Shown piece by piece: positions 1 to 10,086 of a stretch of DNA of 48,649 nt (position 1 is its first letter; the number at the start of each line of letters is the position of its first letter). The DNA comes from a virus (taxonomy: Duplodnaviria > Caudoviricetes). The stretch covers positions 1 to 48,649 of IMG/VR virus record IMGVR_UViG_3300044911_000889; one strand, written 5' to 3'. The position numbers were made by a program, and so were the translations under genes. The notes beneath the pieces were generated by a model. The model was given only the letters and a program-made list of their open reading frames with translations, was not told the DNA's origin and searched no databases.

Positions 1-15
1 GGCGGTGGTTTTGTT

Positions 16-255
16 TTGACGGTAACCGGCGTTACCAACTCCACTGGTACAACTTGGCTTGGTGATAACTTTGACACCGCCCTATTCAATGGAACTATGA
101 TTGAGGCTATCCGGTTCATGAAGGGTGATCCTGATCTTGTGCAGCTTTACCAACAGCAATTTACGCAATCGTTGGCCCTGCTCAAGAACCTGGGGGATGG
201 CAAGCAGCGTATGGATGCTTATCGGGATGGTCAGGTTAGGAATCCGGTGGTTTAA
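16..255 (+). CDS. C-terminal part of a head-tail adaptor-like virion protein (runs in from before the window)
   Basis: TTWLGDNFDTALFNGTMIEA..FMKG resembles podophage adaptor C-termini; abuts the next structural gene (TAAATG). Confidence 0.6.
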   Translation: MTVTGVTNSTGTTWLGDNFDTALFNGTMIEAIRFMKGDPDLVQLYQQQFTQSLALLKNLGDGKQRMDAYRDGQVRNPVV

Positions 256-663
256 ATGGCTATCCTCCAGACCGCTACCGATGTTTTTAAAACGGGCCTT
301 TTGAAAGGGGATTTTGACTTCGATGTCAACTCTTTCTACATCGCCTTGTACACCGCCAACGCTGTACTGGACGCTTCAACGACGGCATACACTCCAACCG
401 GGGAGGTTGTAGCTGCTGGTTATGCGCCAGTTTTGCTTACCATTTCAACAACCCCCGTATCTACCAATGGGGTATCGTACATATCGTTTAACAACGTCAC
501 TTGGAATTCTGCTTTGACGGCTCGTGGGGCTTTGATCTACAAGCCAGGAGCCAATGGCGCTGTCTGTGTACTCGATTTTGGGTCTGATAAAACATCGACC
601 GCAACCTTTCAGGTGCAGTTCCCCGCTGCAACCAACAACTCCGCAATCATCCGCATCTCTTAA
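256..663 (+). CDS. Putative virion structural protein
   Basis: 135-aa ORF, beta-rich, FYIALYT and VLDFGSDKT motifs typical of phage tail-associated proteins; coupled to upstream stop. Confidence 0.7.
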   Translation: MAILQTATDVFKTGLLKGDFDFDVNSFYIALYTANAVLDASTTAYTPTGEVVAAGYAPVLLTISTTPVSTNGVSYISFNNVTWNSALTARGALIYKPGANGAVCVLDFGSDKTSTATFQVQFPAATNNSAIIRIS

Positions 664-672
664 GGAGCCATC

Positions 673-1281
673 ATGTCAAACGAACTTTCAAACTTTGGTG
701 ATCACGCAGAAGTGACCATGCAATCCAATGTGGCTGGCTCTGAGTCGGTTGGCATTGAAGGCTACTACCATGTTGTTTGCCGCGATGCTGATGGCAACAT
801 CAAGTGGGAAGACGAGTTCCCCAACTTGGTCAATGCTGTGGGCAAGCAGTTGATGCTGGACACCCTGCTTCGCACTTCTGGCACCTACACCACTGTTGGC
901 CCGTTCCTGGGCCTGATTTCTGGTGCTAGCCCGACCTTTGCCGCCGCTGACACCATGACCTCTCATGGCGGATGGACTGAGTTCATCAACTACACCGTTG
1001 GTGGTTCGGCCATTCGCGGCACGGCTGTATTTACTGCTTCTACATCGACTGGAACTACGCCGTCTAATGTGACTACTTGCGCTGCTGCGGCTATCACCTA
1101 CACCATCACTGGTGCGGGCGGCACGGTTGGTGGCTGCTTCTTGGTAACCGGATCGGGCGCGGTCAGTACACAAAACAGCACCGCAGGCACTCTGTACAGC
1201 GCAGGCGCATTTGCCACTGCCAAGGTCACCACCGCAGGCGACACCGTAAGCGTTACCTACAGCACCACCGCAACGAGTTGA
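673..1281 (+). CDS. Putative tail/structural protein
   Basis: 202 aa, RBS AAGGAG; WED.FPNLV..GK..MLD motif; T/S/G-rich. Confidence 0.7.
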   Translation: MSNELSNFGDHAEVTMQSNVAGSESVGIEGYYHVVCRDADGNIKWEDEFPNLVNAVGKQLMLDTLLRTSGTYTTVGPFLGLISGASPTFAAADTMTSHGGWTEFINYTVGGSAIRGTAVFTASTSTGTTPSNVTTCAAAAITYTITGAGGTVGGCFLVTGSGAVSTQNSTAGTLYSAGAFATAKVTTAGDTVSVTYSTTATS

Positions 1282-1297
1282 GTCCTTTGGGGGTCAT

Positions 1298-1972
1298 GTG
1301 TTTTACACCTACGCCCATTACACCCCAAAGGGGGAGTTGTTTTATATTGGCAAGGGCCGTAGGCCGAACCGTGCTTATAACTTCTTCAACAGAAATGTGT
1401 TTTGGAACCGAATTGTTGAAAAGCACGGTCCTCCTACTGTGGAAATATTGGCTAAATGGAAAACTGAAAGCGAAGCCTTTGAGCATGAGAAGTTTTTAAT
1501 CTCATGCTTTCGCTCCATTGGGGTGCGGCTGTGCAATCTGACTGATGGCGGCGAAGGTCAAGCAGGACGAACGCCATGGAATAAAGGCATCCCTTGTTCT
1601 TTTAGTGTTAAAGAAAAAATTAGCGCGGCACGGGCAGGTATTCCGGCGCACAATAAGGGCAAACCTTTGACAAAAGAAACTAAAGAAAAGCTACGAAATG
1701 GGATGCTTGGCAGAACATCCTGGAGCAAGGGTAAGTCCTTTACAGAGACACATCGTGAAAAAATCAGCCGGTTAAAAACCGGCAACCTTAACTGTCTTCG
1801 GTATCGGATAGTTGGCACTAATGTGGAGACCGGAGAAATGCAAGTGTTTGTTGGAGCAAAGGCCCTACGTGCCGCTGGATTTGCACATAATGCCGTGTAC
1901 CTGTGTATAGCGGGAAAGCGCAAGACGCACAAGCGCCATACATGGCATAAAGAACCTCTGGAGGTTGCGTAA
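1298..1972 (+). CDS. Free-standing GIY-YIG-like homing endonuclease with NUMOD3-type repeats
   Basis: N-terminal FYTYAH...FYIGKG...R, NLTDGGEG, then repeated PWNKG / SETKEKIS-like basic motifs. Confidence 0.8.
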   Translation: MFYTYAHYTPKGELFYIGKGRRPNRAYNFFNRNVFWNRIVEKHGPPTVEILAKWKTESEAFEHEKFLISCFRSIGVRLCNLTDGGEGQAGRTPWNKGIPCSFSVKEKISAARAGIPAHNKGKPLTKETKEKLRNGMLGRTSWSKGKSFTETHREKISRLKTGNLNCLRYRIVGTNVETGEMQVFVGAKALRAAGFAHNAVYLCIAGKRKTHKRHTWHKEPLEVA

Positions 1973-3075
1973 TGGCTCTGGTCCTTGCAAACCGTGTCCA
2001 GGAAACTGGCACGGCGAATACCACTGTAAGCTTCACTCTTACGGGCGCGGTGCCGGGGTTCCAATCGTTTGCCGTTATTGGCAATACAAACACTACCTAC
2101 TACTCGGCCACTGACGCTTCTGGCAATTGGGAGGTGGGCGTTGGCACATACTCCACAACTGGGCCGACGCTGGACCGCACTACGGTCTACGCTTCCAGCA
2201 ACTCTGGCAGCGCGGTGACCTTCTCGGGCGCTGTAAACGTCTTTGTGACGTACCCGTCTGGCCGGTCAGTTAATTTAAATGAAACCGGCAATGTCTCTGC
2301 GCTGGGCACAGTATCCTCTGGCACATGGCAGGGATCGACTATTGGTGTGGCTTATGGTGGCACGGGTGTAACGGCTTCTTCCGGGGCCAACTCGGTTGTG
2401 CTGCGTGATGCCAATGAAAACATCACAGTAAACCGCATTAATCAAGGTCTACAAAACACTACCGCTTCTGGCGGCACAACGACGCTGACGGCGGCGTCAG
2501 ACTTTAATCAGTTGTTGACGGGCACTGGAAACCATACATTCAGGTTGCCTGATGCAACCACACTGACCGACACCACTGCGTTTCAGTTCAACAACGCCGC
2601 CACCGGAACGCTGACCATCCAGAACAATGCTAGCACAACTATTGGCACTGTTACGACGGGCGGGGCGGCTAATGCAGTTCTCATATCAAATGCCACTGTT
2701 GGTGGCACATGGGAAATCCACGGTTACTTGCCTGAAGGTGTCACATGGGGCACCAACGCTCTTGATTTGGGCACAACCGTTATTTCAAACGGCACATGGC
2801 AAGGTGGCACGATTCAGCCTGCTTACGGCGGCACCGGCCTGACCACATTTACCGGCGCAAACAACGCCCTGTACTCCACAGGCGCATCTACTCTTGTAGC
2901 TGGCACCCTGCCTGTTGCAGCGGGCGGTACGGGCACAACCACCCCTAATTTGGTAGCCGGTACCAATGTGACCATTACCGGCACTTGGCCCAACCAGACC
3001 ATTAACGCTTCTGGTGGTGGCGGTGGCTCTTCACCCATCCCTAAACTACAATCTTGGTCTATTGGAGCAATGTAA
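1972..3075 (+). CDS. Tail fibre-associated protein
   Basis: MALVLANRVQET start; repeated GTWQG..I..AYGGTG fibre motifs. Confidence 0.75.
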   Translation: MALVLANRVQETGTANTTVSFTLTGAVPGFQSFAVIGNTNTTYYSATDASGNWEVGVGTYSTTGPTLDRTTVYASSNSGSAVTFSGAVNVFVTYPSGRSVNLNETGNVSALGTVSSGTWQGSTIGVAYGGTGVTASSGANSVVLRDANENITVNRINQGLQNTTASGGTTTLTAASDFNQLLTGTGNHTFRLPDATTLTDTTAFQFNNAATGTLTIQNNASTTIGTVTTGGAANAVLISNATVGGTWEIHGYLPEGVTWGTNALDLGTTVISNGTWQGGTIQPAYGGTGLTTFTGANNALYSTGASTLVAGTLPVAAGGTGTTTPNLVAGTNVTITGTWPNQTINASGGGGGSSPIPKLQSWSIGAM

Positions 3076-3519
3076 ATGGCACAAAACACAAACCCTATTT
3101 TTCCGCTAATCCCTGAAGTTACATGGGTAAGCGGTGTAGCAGCTAACGCAGCGACTCCCGGCGTGACGGCCAACACCACAACAGACCTGACCAGCGGCAC
3201 GATTTACGGCCCGATCTTTACGGCTGGCCCGGTAGAAGGCTCACGGCTTGATTTTATTAAGGTTAGGGCGCTTGGCAGTAACGTGCAAACTGTTATCCGC
3301 ATCTGGATTAACAATGGTGCGGCTACAACCACAGCAACAAACAATACGCTATTTTTAGATAGAACTTTGTTTTCAACTACTGTTTCTCAAACAACCGAGT
3401 TGGTTGACACCTCCCTGTCGCTTAATATCAGCCTTCCTGCTGGTTATCGTGTGTATGCAACCTTTGGCACAGCAGTGGCGGCAGGTTTCCACTTAACTGC
3501 TGTTGGCGGGGATTACTAA
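3076..3519 (+). CDS. Putative tail accessory protein
   Basis: 147-aa ORF coupled on both sides in the tail module; ends GGDY. Confidence 0.65.
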   Translation: MAQNTNPIFPLIPEVTWVSGVAANAATPGVTANTTTDLTSGTIYGPIFTAGPVEGSRLDFIKVRALGSNVQTVIRIWINNGAATTTATNNTLFLDRTLFSTTVSQTTELVDTSLSLNISLPAGYRVYATFGTAVAAGFHLTAVGGDY

Positions 3520-4697
3520 TGTTTACCGGGTTTGCTTCTGAAAATACTCCGGCTTTTCAGGTCTGGGATTTGTCAAACACCTATTCTGGCGCGCCACGAC
3601 TTGTTTTGCAAGATGATTGCGCCCCCATTCAAATTATAAAAACTGGAGGTTCCAGCTCTCAGGTGCAACTTTTTTTATCAACTTCTCCAGTAGAGGGAAG
3701 AACAATAAAAATTGTTAACTGCCGATACGGTTCGGAAAGTCAAATAATCAACGTATTTTCTTCCGACACAACGCAGCAGTCTAATCCTGTTTTTGCAATT
3801 GGGCCGGGTCAATATATAGAAACGTGTTTTATTTCTAGTATGAGGAGTTTTGGTCAAATTGGAGGTGTTCTAGCTTCTGGTTGGGTTACGATAAACCAAG
3901 CCTCCTCATCAAATTCCAACGCTTATGGGGTTGTTGTTGGTGGCTTGTCTAATAGGGCTGTCTCACAATATTCTGGGGTTGTGGCAGGCAATGGAAACTC
4001 TGCATCAGGAACACGCGCTGGTGTTCTGGGAGGTATAGGCAACACATCGGGCGGCACTGATTCGGGTGTTGTTGGAGGAAACAGCAATTTTATTACAGGT
4101 GATCGTGCTGCTTCTTTAGGCGGTCAAAGTAACCAAGCAGGCAATACAAACGCTGCTGTTGTTGGTGGTCAAAACAACAATGCAGATGGCATAAACAGTG
4201 TAGTTATTGGCGGTGCTGGCGGCGCAGCAAGGTCTATTACTGGAAATTTTGTTACGCCTGCAAGTAATGGCCCTATTTCGTCATCAGGTGGTAGACATCA
4301 ACTTGCAACACTTTTACTGGCGCGGCAAACTACAGATGCAACTGCAACAGTTTTGACAAGCAATAACTCTGGCGGCGGGACAACCAACCAAGTAATCCTA
4401 CCCAACAACAGCGCCTATACATTCCAAGGAACTTGCATCGCCAACGTAACTGGTGGCGGCACTACATCAGGCTGGAAGTTTGAAGGCGTAATTAAGCGCG
4501 GCGCTAGCGCTGCGTCGACTGCTCTTGTGGCCGCAGTTACGCCAACTGTTATTGCCCAAGATGTTGCCGCTGCTACTTGGGTTTTGGCAATTACTGCTGA
4601 CACAACAAACGGCGGTATTGCTGTGACTGTCACCGGTGCGGCGGCAACCACAATCCGCTGGGTAGCAAAAATTGACACTACTGAGGTGACCTTCTAA
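3519..4697 (+). CDS. Tail spike/adhesin-like protein with GG.N.A.G beta-roll repeats
   Basis: About seven 14-aa repeats such as GVVGGNSNFITGDR, resembling YadA-head-like repeats; more AT-rich N-terminal half. Confidence 0.7.
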   Translation: MFTGFASENTPAFQVWDLSNTYSGAPRLVLQDDCAPIQIIKTGGSSSQVQLFLSTSPVEGRTIKIVNCRYGSESQIINVFSSDTTQQSNPVFAIGPGQYIETCFISSMRSFGQIGGVLASGWVTINQASSSNSNAYGVVVGGLSNRAVSQYSGVVAGNGNSASGTRAGVLGGIGNTSGGTDSGVVGGNSNFITGDRAASLGGQSNQAGNTNAAVVGGQNNNADGINSVVIGGAGGAARSITGNFVTPASNGPISSSGGRHQLATLLLARQTTDATATVLTSNNSGGGTTNQVILPNNSAYTFQGTCIANVTGGGTTSGWKFEGVIKRGASAASTALVAAVTPTVIAQDVAAATWVLAITADTTNGGIAVTVTGAAATTIRWVAKIDTTEVTF

Positions 4698-4960
4698 TGG
4701 CTCTGAAAATCTCCATCCAAAACAGTAACGTAGGCGTACCGTTTACGGAGGCTTACGCCCGTATCACCAACATTTTTGGCAACAAAGATCAGGTGCAGTA
4801 CCAAGTCAGTGTCAGCGCCAATGCAGATGCCCGACAAGCAAACGCGCAGGAAGTGGCGTCACATGCCTTCTATTGCGCTACCCCGCAGGGCAACTTGATG
4901 GACGGCCTGTACGCTGATCTGAAGCTGCAAGCTGGTTTTGAGAATGCAGAAGACTGCTAA
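4697..4960 (+). CDS. Small tail-fibre-associated protein
   Basis: 87 aa, overlapping TAATG coupling; AYARI...Y..LK..F..A.DC pattern. Confidence 0.65.
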   Translation: MALKISIQNSNVGVPFTEAYARITNIFGNKDQVQYQVSVSANADARQANAQEVASHAFYCATPQGNLMDGLYADLKLQAGFENAEDC

Positions 4961-5029
4961 ATGCCTATCCCACTGAACCACGTAGGCGCGGGGGTCGTAA
5001 CTCTTGCCTCCCCCACCAGCGGCAACTAA
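4961..5029 (+). pseudogene. 22-codon remnant of a tail-fibre-like gene start (MPIPLNHVGAGVVTLASPTSGN*)
   Basis: ATG directly after the previous stop; reads like a structural protein N-terminus, then stops. Confidence 0.4.
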
Positions 5030-5065
5030 TGAACAAACCTGTCGCTGGGTTAAAGTTTAAATAAA

Positions 5066-6271
5066 ATGTTCGGCACATCAAGCTTTGCCCAGACACCTTT
5101 TGCTTCCCTTGCGGGTACGGCGAATGCGTTGTTCATCGTGGAGGGCATTCAGCTTGGGGACGCCAACACCGTGCTATCAGGTTTCCTGATAAGCCAGACA
5201 GAACCGTTCACAGTAGACGAGGTTGATGCCACAGCGGGTGATTTTTTTGGCAGCGTAATTGAGAACCTGAGCATTGCTGACACCCCCGCAGTGCTGGCTG
5301 GGTTCTTGGCTTCTGTGGCGGAAAACTCTTTTCCTGCTGACGCCCCGGCCATTGCGGCCCAGTTTGCTCAGTCCATTGCGGAAAACAGTACGCTAGCTGA
5401 CGCCCAAGAAGTTTACGCAGAGTTCCTGCAAAGCCGCGTGGAAGGCTTTACGCTGGCCGATTTCAACACCCAACAGTCAGCGTTTGTCCAGTCAATTGCG
5501 GAAGACAGCCAGATGGCCGATGTGCCCACAATTGCGGCACAGTTTGCTCAGTTGGTATCAGAAGGTATCACCCTGGCTGATGAGCAGACCATCCTGGCAC
5601 AGTTTGTTCAGGCAATCACCGAAGGCACCACAGTAGCAGACCTTAGCTCAATCATCAGATTGTTTTTCCTGTCTGTTACTGAAAATTTGAACAGCGCAGA
5701 TGCCAACACCCAGCAGTCAGCGTTTGTGCAGTCGATTGTTGAAAACAGCCATATGGCTGATGCGCCCACCATTCTTGCTCAGTTTGCTCAGTCGGTATCT
5801 GAAGGATTCACCCTGGCTGACGTACCCACAATCGCGGCCCAGTTTGTTCAGGCAATCACAGAGGGCACCACAGTAGCAGACCTGAGTTCAATCATTCGGG
5901 TGTTCTTTGAAACAGTCACAGAGAACCTGAACAGCGCCGATGCCAACACGGCCATACTGGGTTTTGTTCTTTCAATCACAGAAAACCTCAACAGTGCTGA
6001 TGCCAACACAGTGCTGGCAGCTTTCCAGGCTGTAATCATCGAGAACACCGCGCTGGCAGACAGGTTTGATGTATCGGGCTGGATTAAAATCATTGATGAT
6101 CAGATTGCCGCCTGGGCTTCTGTAAACGATGGGCAAGCACCGGGATGGGTGGGTGTAGACGGAGCGCAAACATCTGCATGGGCCAATGTAAACGGCAACC
6201 AGACGCCTGGATGGTCGGGAATAGATGACAGCCAGCTTTCGGGCTGGCAAAATGTGAACAACATGCAATGA
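5066..6271 (+). CDS. Repeat-rich acidic virion protein
   Basis: MFGTSSFAQTPFASL start; ~19-aa tandem repeats (AQF.Q.I.E...LAD); C-terminal W..V...Q repeats. Confidence 0.75.
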   Translation: MFGTSSFAQTPFASLAGTANALFIVEGIQLGDANTVLSGFLISQTEPFTVDEVDATAGDFFGSVIENLSIADTPAVLAGFLASVAENSFPADAPAIAAQFAQSIAENSTLADAQEVYAEFLQSRVEGFTLADFNTQQSAFVQSIAEDSQMADVPTIAAQFAQLVSEGITLADEQTILAQFVQAITEGTTVADLSSIIRLFFLSVTENLNSADANTQQSAFVQSIVENSHMADAPTILAQFAQSVSEGFTLADVPTIAAQFVQAITEGTTVADLSSIIRVFFETVTENLNSADANTAILGFVLSITENLNSADANTVLAAFQAVIIENTALADRFDVSGWIKIIDDQIAAWASVNDGQAPGWVGVDGAQTSAWANVNGNQTPGWSGIDDSQLSGWQNVNNMQ

Positions 6272-6294
6272 GTGCCCCGGCACAGGAGATTTAA

Positions 6295-9054
6295 ATGGCA
6301 GCAACACCTCTTCTTGGTCTATCTCTTCCGGCGGATGGCACCACCAACTGGGGCACCCTGGTCAACACCAGCATCACTGCCCTGCTTGATTCGGCTATAG
6401 CAGGCACTACCACGCTATCTTCTGATGCGGATGTAACTCTGACAACCACCACGGAGGCCGCCAATCAGGCAAGGCAGGCGGTATTGCTATGCACTGGATC
6501 GAGGGCAGCTATTAGGACTATTACTGCCCCGGCACAGAGCAAGACCTATGTGATCATCAACGCCACAACCGGCGGGTTTGGAGTAAAGATTGTTGGTGTA
6601 GGTCCAACCACAGGTGTTACTGTCCCCAGCGGCAGGGCTTACATGGTAGCCTGGAACGGCAGTGATTTTGTCATTACCGGGATTACCACAGTAAATCTTG
6701 CAACGGATGTCACTGGAGTTTTGCCATCAGCCAACGGCGGCACCGGAGTCAACAACGGCTCTAGCACCCTTACGATAGCGGGCAACGTCACACATTCCGG
6801 TGCTTTTACGCAGGCATTTGCAGCAACAGGAAACACCTCTGTTACGCTGCCGACCGCAGGCACCCTGGCTACTCTGGCAGGTGCTGAGACGCTGACCAAT
6901 AAAACAATCAGCGGGTCAAGCAACACGCTCTCCAACATCGCCAACGCAAGCTTGACAAACAGTGCGGTCACCATCAACGGCAACAGCGTTTCGTTGGGCG
7001 GCTCTACCACCATTACTGCGGCCAGCCCCAATGCACTGACCATAAGCACGGGCTTGTCAGGCACCAGCTACAACGGCTCGTCGGCAGTGACTATCGCTAT
7101 CGACTCCACAGTCGCCACCCTTACGGACGTTCAGACACTGACCAATAAGACGTTGACCAGCCCGATACTGACGACCCCTGCTCTTGGCACTCCGTCCTCT
7201 GGCACCCTGACTAACTGTACTGGCCTGCCCAATGGTGGGCTGGTAAATAGCGCAATCACCATTAACGGTAACAGTGTGTCTTTGGGCGGCTCCACGACAG
7301 TAACGGCTACAGCATCTAACGCGCTGACCATCGGTACTGGCCTATCCGGGGGCAGCTACAACGGTAGTTCTGCGGTAACGATTGCCATCGACTCCACCGT
7401 TGCTACGCTGACCGACACTCAAACACTGACCAACAAGACTATCAATGGGTCAAGCAACACGCTCACAAACATTAGCTTGACCTCCAGCGTCACAGGTACG
7501 TTGCCTACCACGAACGGTGGCACGGGCCTGACCAGCTTCACCGCAAATGGCGTGGTCTATGCCTCGTCAAGCAGTGCTCTGACCACTGGGTCTGCGCTGA
7601 CGTTTGATGGGACGAACTTAGGTGTTGCAAACGGGTCAGTTACTGCTGGTAATTCTGCGGTTGTGTTGACGGGACGATTTTCAAGCGTATTTCCAACTAG
7701 CGGTGCAGGATATTTTCAACTCCAAACCAACAATGTTGACGGGGCAAACGGTGGATTTAGCTTGTTTACAAATAGCGCAGGCACGCTGCGTTTAAGTTAT
7801 CAAGCAGCAGAACTTCTGGGTAGTTCGTTTCACGCTTGGAACGCAAACGGCTCCGAACAAATGCGCCTGACCAGCACAGGGCTGGGCATTGGGACGAGTT
7901 CTCCTTCTTATAAGTTGGATGTTTCTGGTTCTGTTATTCGCTTGAATAATTCAGGATCAACTGCTGATATTTTTCTAACTGATTCCGGAACTACAAACGG
8001 TCATGTCCGTCTTCGTGGCGAATCAAACGCCATGAAATTCATTACTGGTAATGGTATTTCAGCCACCCTCGACTCCTCCGGCAACCTGGGTATAGGGACG
8101 AGTTCGCCGGGGGTGAAACTTGATGTTTCTGGGCAAGGACGGGTAACTGAATCTGGAACTGGCTCCGGTGATGGAGGGTTCATTTCTAACACGGGGTCTA
8201 CAAATGGTAATGCAGGTTTGCTGTTCCAAACAAACAGCACTTCTCGTTGGAATTTGACAACCCAAGGAACGAACGGAGCAAATCTTCGAATTTACAACTA
8301 CACACTTGGCTCGACTGTCGCTACGTTCGACTCCAGTGGTAATTTAGTGATTGGTGACACATCTGCCTCTTATCGACTTGATGTTAAGGGCGGCACAGGT
8401 AATGGTATTGCCTATCGGGATGGCACTGTATCCAACTACCTCGGAACCACGGGTTCAAACCTTGGTTATTTGGGTACGTTGACTAATCATCCTGTTGCTT
8501 TTTTGACAAACGCCACCGAACGCGCCCGCATCGACTCCAGTGGGAATTTGCTGGTGGGGACGACGAGTAACGGCGGCGCTGGTGGATTTAGCATTGCGCC
8601 CAATAACTCCGCAGGCGCTCCGACTGTTCTTTGGGACAGAACCACAACGACATCAACGTCAACGGCGGCTCAGTTTAGAAATGGCGGTACTGCTGTTGGA
8701 GAGATTACCTACACCAACACTGCCACAGCCTACGTCACCTCCTCCGACTACCGCCTGAAAGAAGACATCCAGCCTATGACTGGTGCTTTGGCTAAGGTCG
8801 CTGCGTTCAATCCCGTGACCTACAAGTGGAAGGTGGATAGCTCTGACGGTGAAGGCTTCATTGCTCACGAACTTGCTGAAGTTGTGCCTCAGTGCGTGAC
8901 AGGCCAGAAGGATGCAGTGGATGCTGAAGGCAAGCCTGTCTACCAAGGCATCGACACCAGCTTTTTGGTGGCAACTCTGACCGCTGCAATCCAAGAGCAG
9001 CAAGCCCTTATCGAATCTTTGACCGCCCGTGTGGCACAACTTGAAGGAAAGTAA
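6295..9054 (+). CDS. Tail fibre with C-terminal intramolecular chaperone (peptidase S74)
   Basis: RBS AGGAG; QTLTNKT, GIGTSSP and [11 protein letters not shown] fibre repeats; [11 protein letters not shown]...GFIAHEL..V.P and terminal coiled coil. Confidence 0.9.
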   Translation: MAATPLLGLSLPADGTTNWGTLVNTSITALLDSAIAGTTTLSSDADVTLTTTTEAANQARQAVLLCTGSRAAIRTITAPAQSKTYVIINATTGGFGVKIVGVGPTTGVTVPSGRAYMVAWNGSDFVITGITTVNLATDVTGVLPSANGGTGVNNGSSTLTIAGNVTHSGAFTQAFAATGNTSVTLPTAGTLATLAGAETLTNKTISGSSNTLSNIANASLTNSAVTINGNSVSLGGSTTITAASPNALTISTGLSGTSYNGSSAVTIAIDSTVATLTDVQTLTNKTLTSPILTTPALGTPSSGTLTNCTGLPNGGLVNSAITINGNSVSLGGSTTVTATASNALTIGTGLSGGSYNGSSAVTIAIDSTVATLTDTQTLTNKTINGSSNTLTNISLTSSVTGTLPTTNGGTGLTSFTANGVVYASSSSALTTGSALTFDGTNLGVANGSVTAGNSAVVLTGRFSSVFPTSGAGYFQLQTNNVDGANGGFSLFTNSAGTLRLSYQAAELLGSSFHAWNANGSEQMRLTSTGLGIGTSSPSYKLDVSGSVIRLNNSGSTADIFLTDSGTTNGHVRLRGESNAMKFITGNGISATLDSSGNLGIGTSSPGVKLDVSGQGRVTESGTGSGDGGFISNTGSTNGNAGLLFQTNSTSRWNLTTQGTNGANLRIYNYTLGSTVATFDSSGNLVIGDTSASYRLDVKGGTGNGIAYRDGTVSNYLGTTGSNLGYLGTLTNHPVAFLTNATERARIDSSGNLLVGTTSNGGAGGFSIAPNNSAGAPTVLWDRTTTTSTSTAAQFRNGGTAVGEITYTNTATAYVTSSDYRLKEDIQPMTGALAKVAAFNPVTYKWKVDSSDGEGFIAHELAEVVPQCVTGQKDAVDAEGKPVYQGIDTSFLVATLTAAIQEQQALIESLTARVAQLEGK
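6955..7445 (+). repeat. Internal ~65-codon duplication in the tail fibre
   Basis: [19 protein letters not shown]...[38 protein letters not shown] occurs twice, with mostly synonymous DNA divergence. Confidence 0.85.
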
Positions 9055-9057
9055 ACC

Positions 9058-9564
9058 ATGACCACCCTGACACAAGAAGAGGCGCATCGCCTGTTTGAGT
9101 ACAGGGATGGTGTGCTGTATTGGAAAGAGATGGCAACCAATCGCACTGGCAATCTAGTTGGTGATGTTGCTGGCTACATTCACAAGCACGGTTACAGAAT
9201 TATTAGCGTACATGGCTATCAATACAAAGCGCACCGTCTGATGTTTTTGTACCATCATGGTTATATGCCAGAGTTTGTTGACCACATCAATGGCATAAAA
9301 GATGATAATCGTATTGAAAATCTTAGAGCCGCAACAAAATCCCAAAACAACCAAAACAGGGTGGCTCAGAAAAACAATACGTTTGGCATAAAAGGCGTAA
9401 GCAAATTAAAAAACTCACCAAATTGGCGGTGTAGGATTTCTTACAACAACAAACTACATGAGCTTGGTGGTTTCAAATCCAAAGAGCTTGCAACAGAATT
9501 TATAGAATTGTGGCGTGAGATGGCTCACGGCATTTTTGCAAATCATGGCTTGAAAGGAGCTTGA
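9058..9564 (+). CDS. HNH homing endonuclease with AP2-like C-terminal domain
   Basis: AHRL...VDHINGIKDDNRIENLR motif, then GIKGVS...W.CRI...LG.F. Confidence 0.9.
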   Translation: MTTLTQEEAHRLFEYRDGVLYWKEMATNRTGNLVGDVAGYIHKHGYRIISVHGYQYKAHRLMFLYHHGYMPEFVDHINGIKDDNRIENLRAATKSQNNQNRVAQKNNTFGIKGVSKLKNSPNWRCRISYNNKLHELGGFKSKELATEFIELWREMAHGIFANHGLKGA

Positions 9565-9565
9565 A

Positions 9566-9904
9566 ATGTCAAAAGTTATCACTTGGGTTGTGAGTGCGCT
9601 TGATTGTTATCCGCGCTCACAAGGAAATGCTGATGTTGTAATAAATGTTCATTGGTCATGCAACGGAACACAAGAGCAAGATGAGATTGTTTACAACGCA
9701 TCCGTGTATAGCACTTGTGCTGTGGCATACAGTGGTAGTGAGCCATTTGTTCCGTACGATCAACTTACCGAACAAACTGTGCTTGGCTGGATCTGGGCCA
9801 ACGGCGTGGATCAAGCAGCCACAGAAGCCGCTGTGCAGCAGCAACTGAACAATCAGATCAACCCCCCTGTGGTTACGCCTCCCCTTCCTTGGAGCCAAGC
9901 ATGA
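9566..9904 (+). CDS. Tail-fibre-associated conserved protein (DUF7936-like)
   Basis: RBS AAGGAG; W.V..LD...DVV..VHW...F.PY..LT...VLGW...PPLPW motif. Confidence 0.7.
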   Translation: MSKVITWVVSALDCYPRSQGNADVVINVHWSCNGTQEQDEIVYNASVYSTCAVAYSGSEPFVPYDQLTEQTVLGWIWANGVDQAATEAAVQQQLNNQINPPVVTPPLPWSQA

Positions 9905-10065
9905 ACGATCAAAAAATTGAACTGACACTGCCACTTGTTAACGCTATCCTGCAATACCTGGGCACCCGCCCGTTTGTGGAAGTTGCCGGTTTGATCAACG
10001 AAATTCAGAAGCAGGCTGCTGCCCAAGGGGAGGCACCTGTTGAGCAGCCCAAAGCGGAAGACTGA
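9901..10065 (+). CDS. 54-aa hypothetical protein missing from the ORF track (MNDQKIELTLPLVNAILQYLGTRPFVEVAGLI...)
   Basis: ATGA overlap with upstream stop; N.IL..LG..PF.EVA.LI motif; fills the gap. Confidence 0.7.
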   Translation: MNDQKIELTLPLVNAILQYLGTRPFVEVAGLINEIQKQAAAQGEAPVEQPKAED

Positions 10066-10086
10066 CGTAGCGTCGGAGCTAATGAA

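Noticed and set aside
1282-1972. Group I intron hosting the GIY-YIG gene
   Set aside because: Flanking genes look complete and the junctions leave no room for a ribozyme core
5598-7445. Diversity-generating retroelement TR/VR pair in the tail genes
   Set aside because: Repeat copies are in-frame within the same genes, differ mainly at synonymous positions rather than at adenines, and no reverse transcriptase is present
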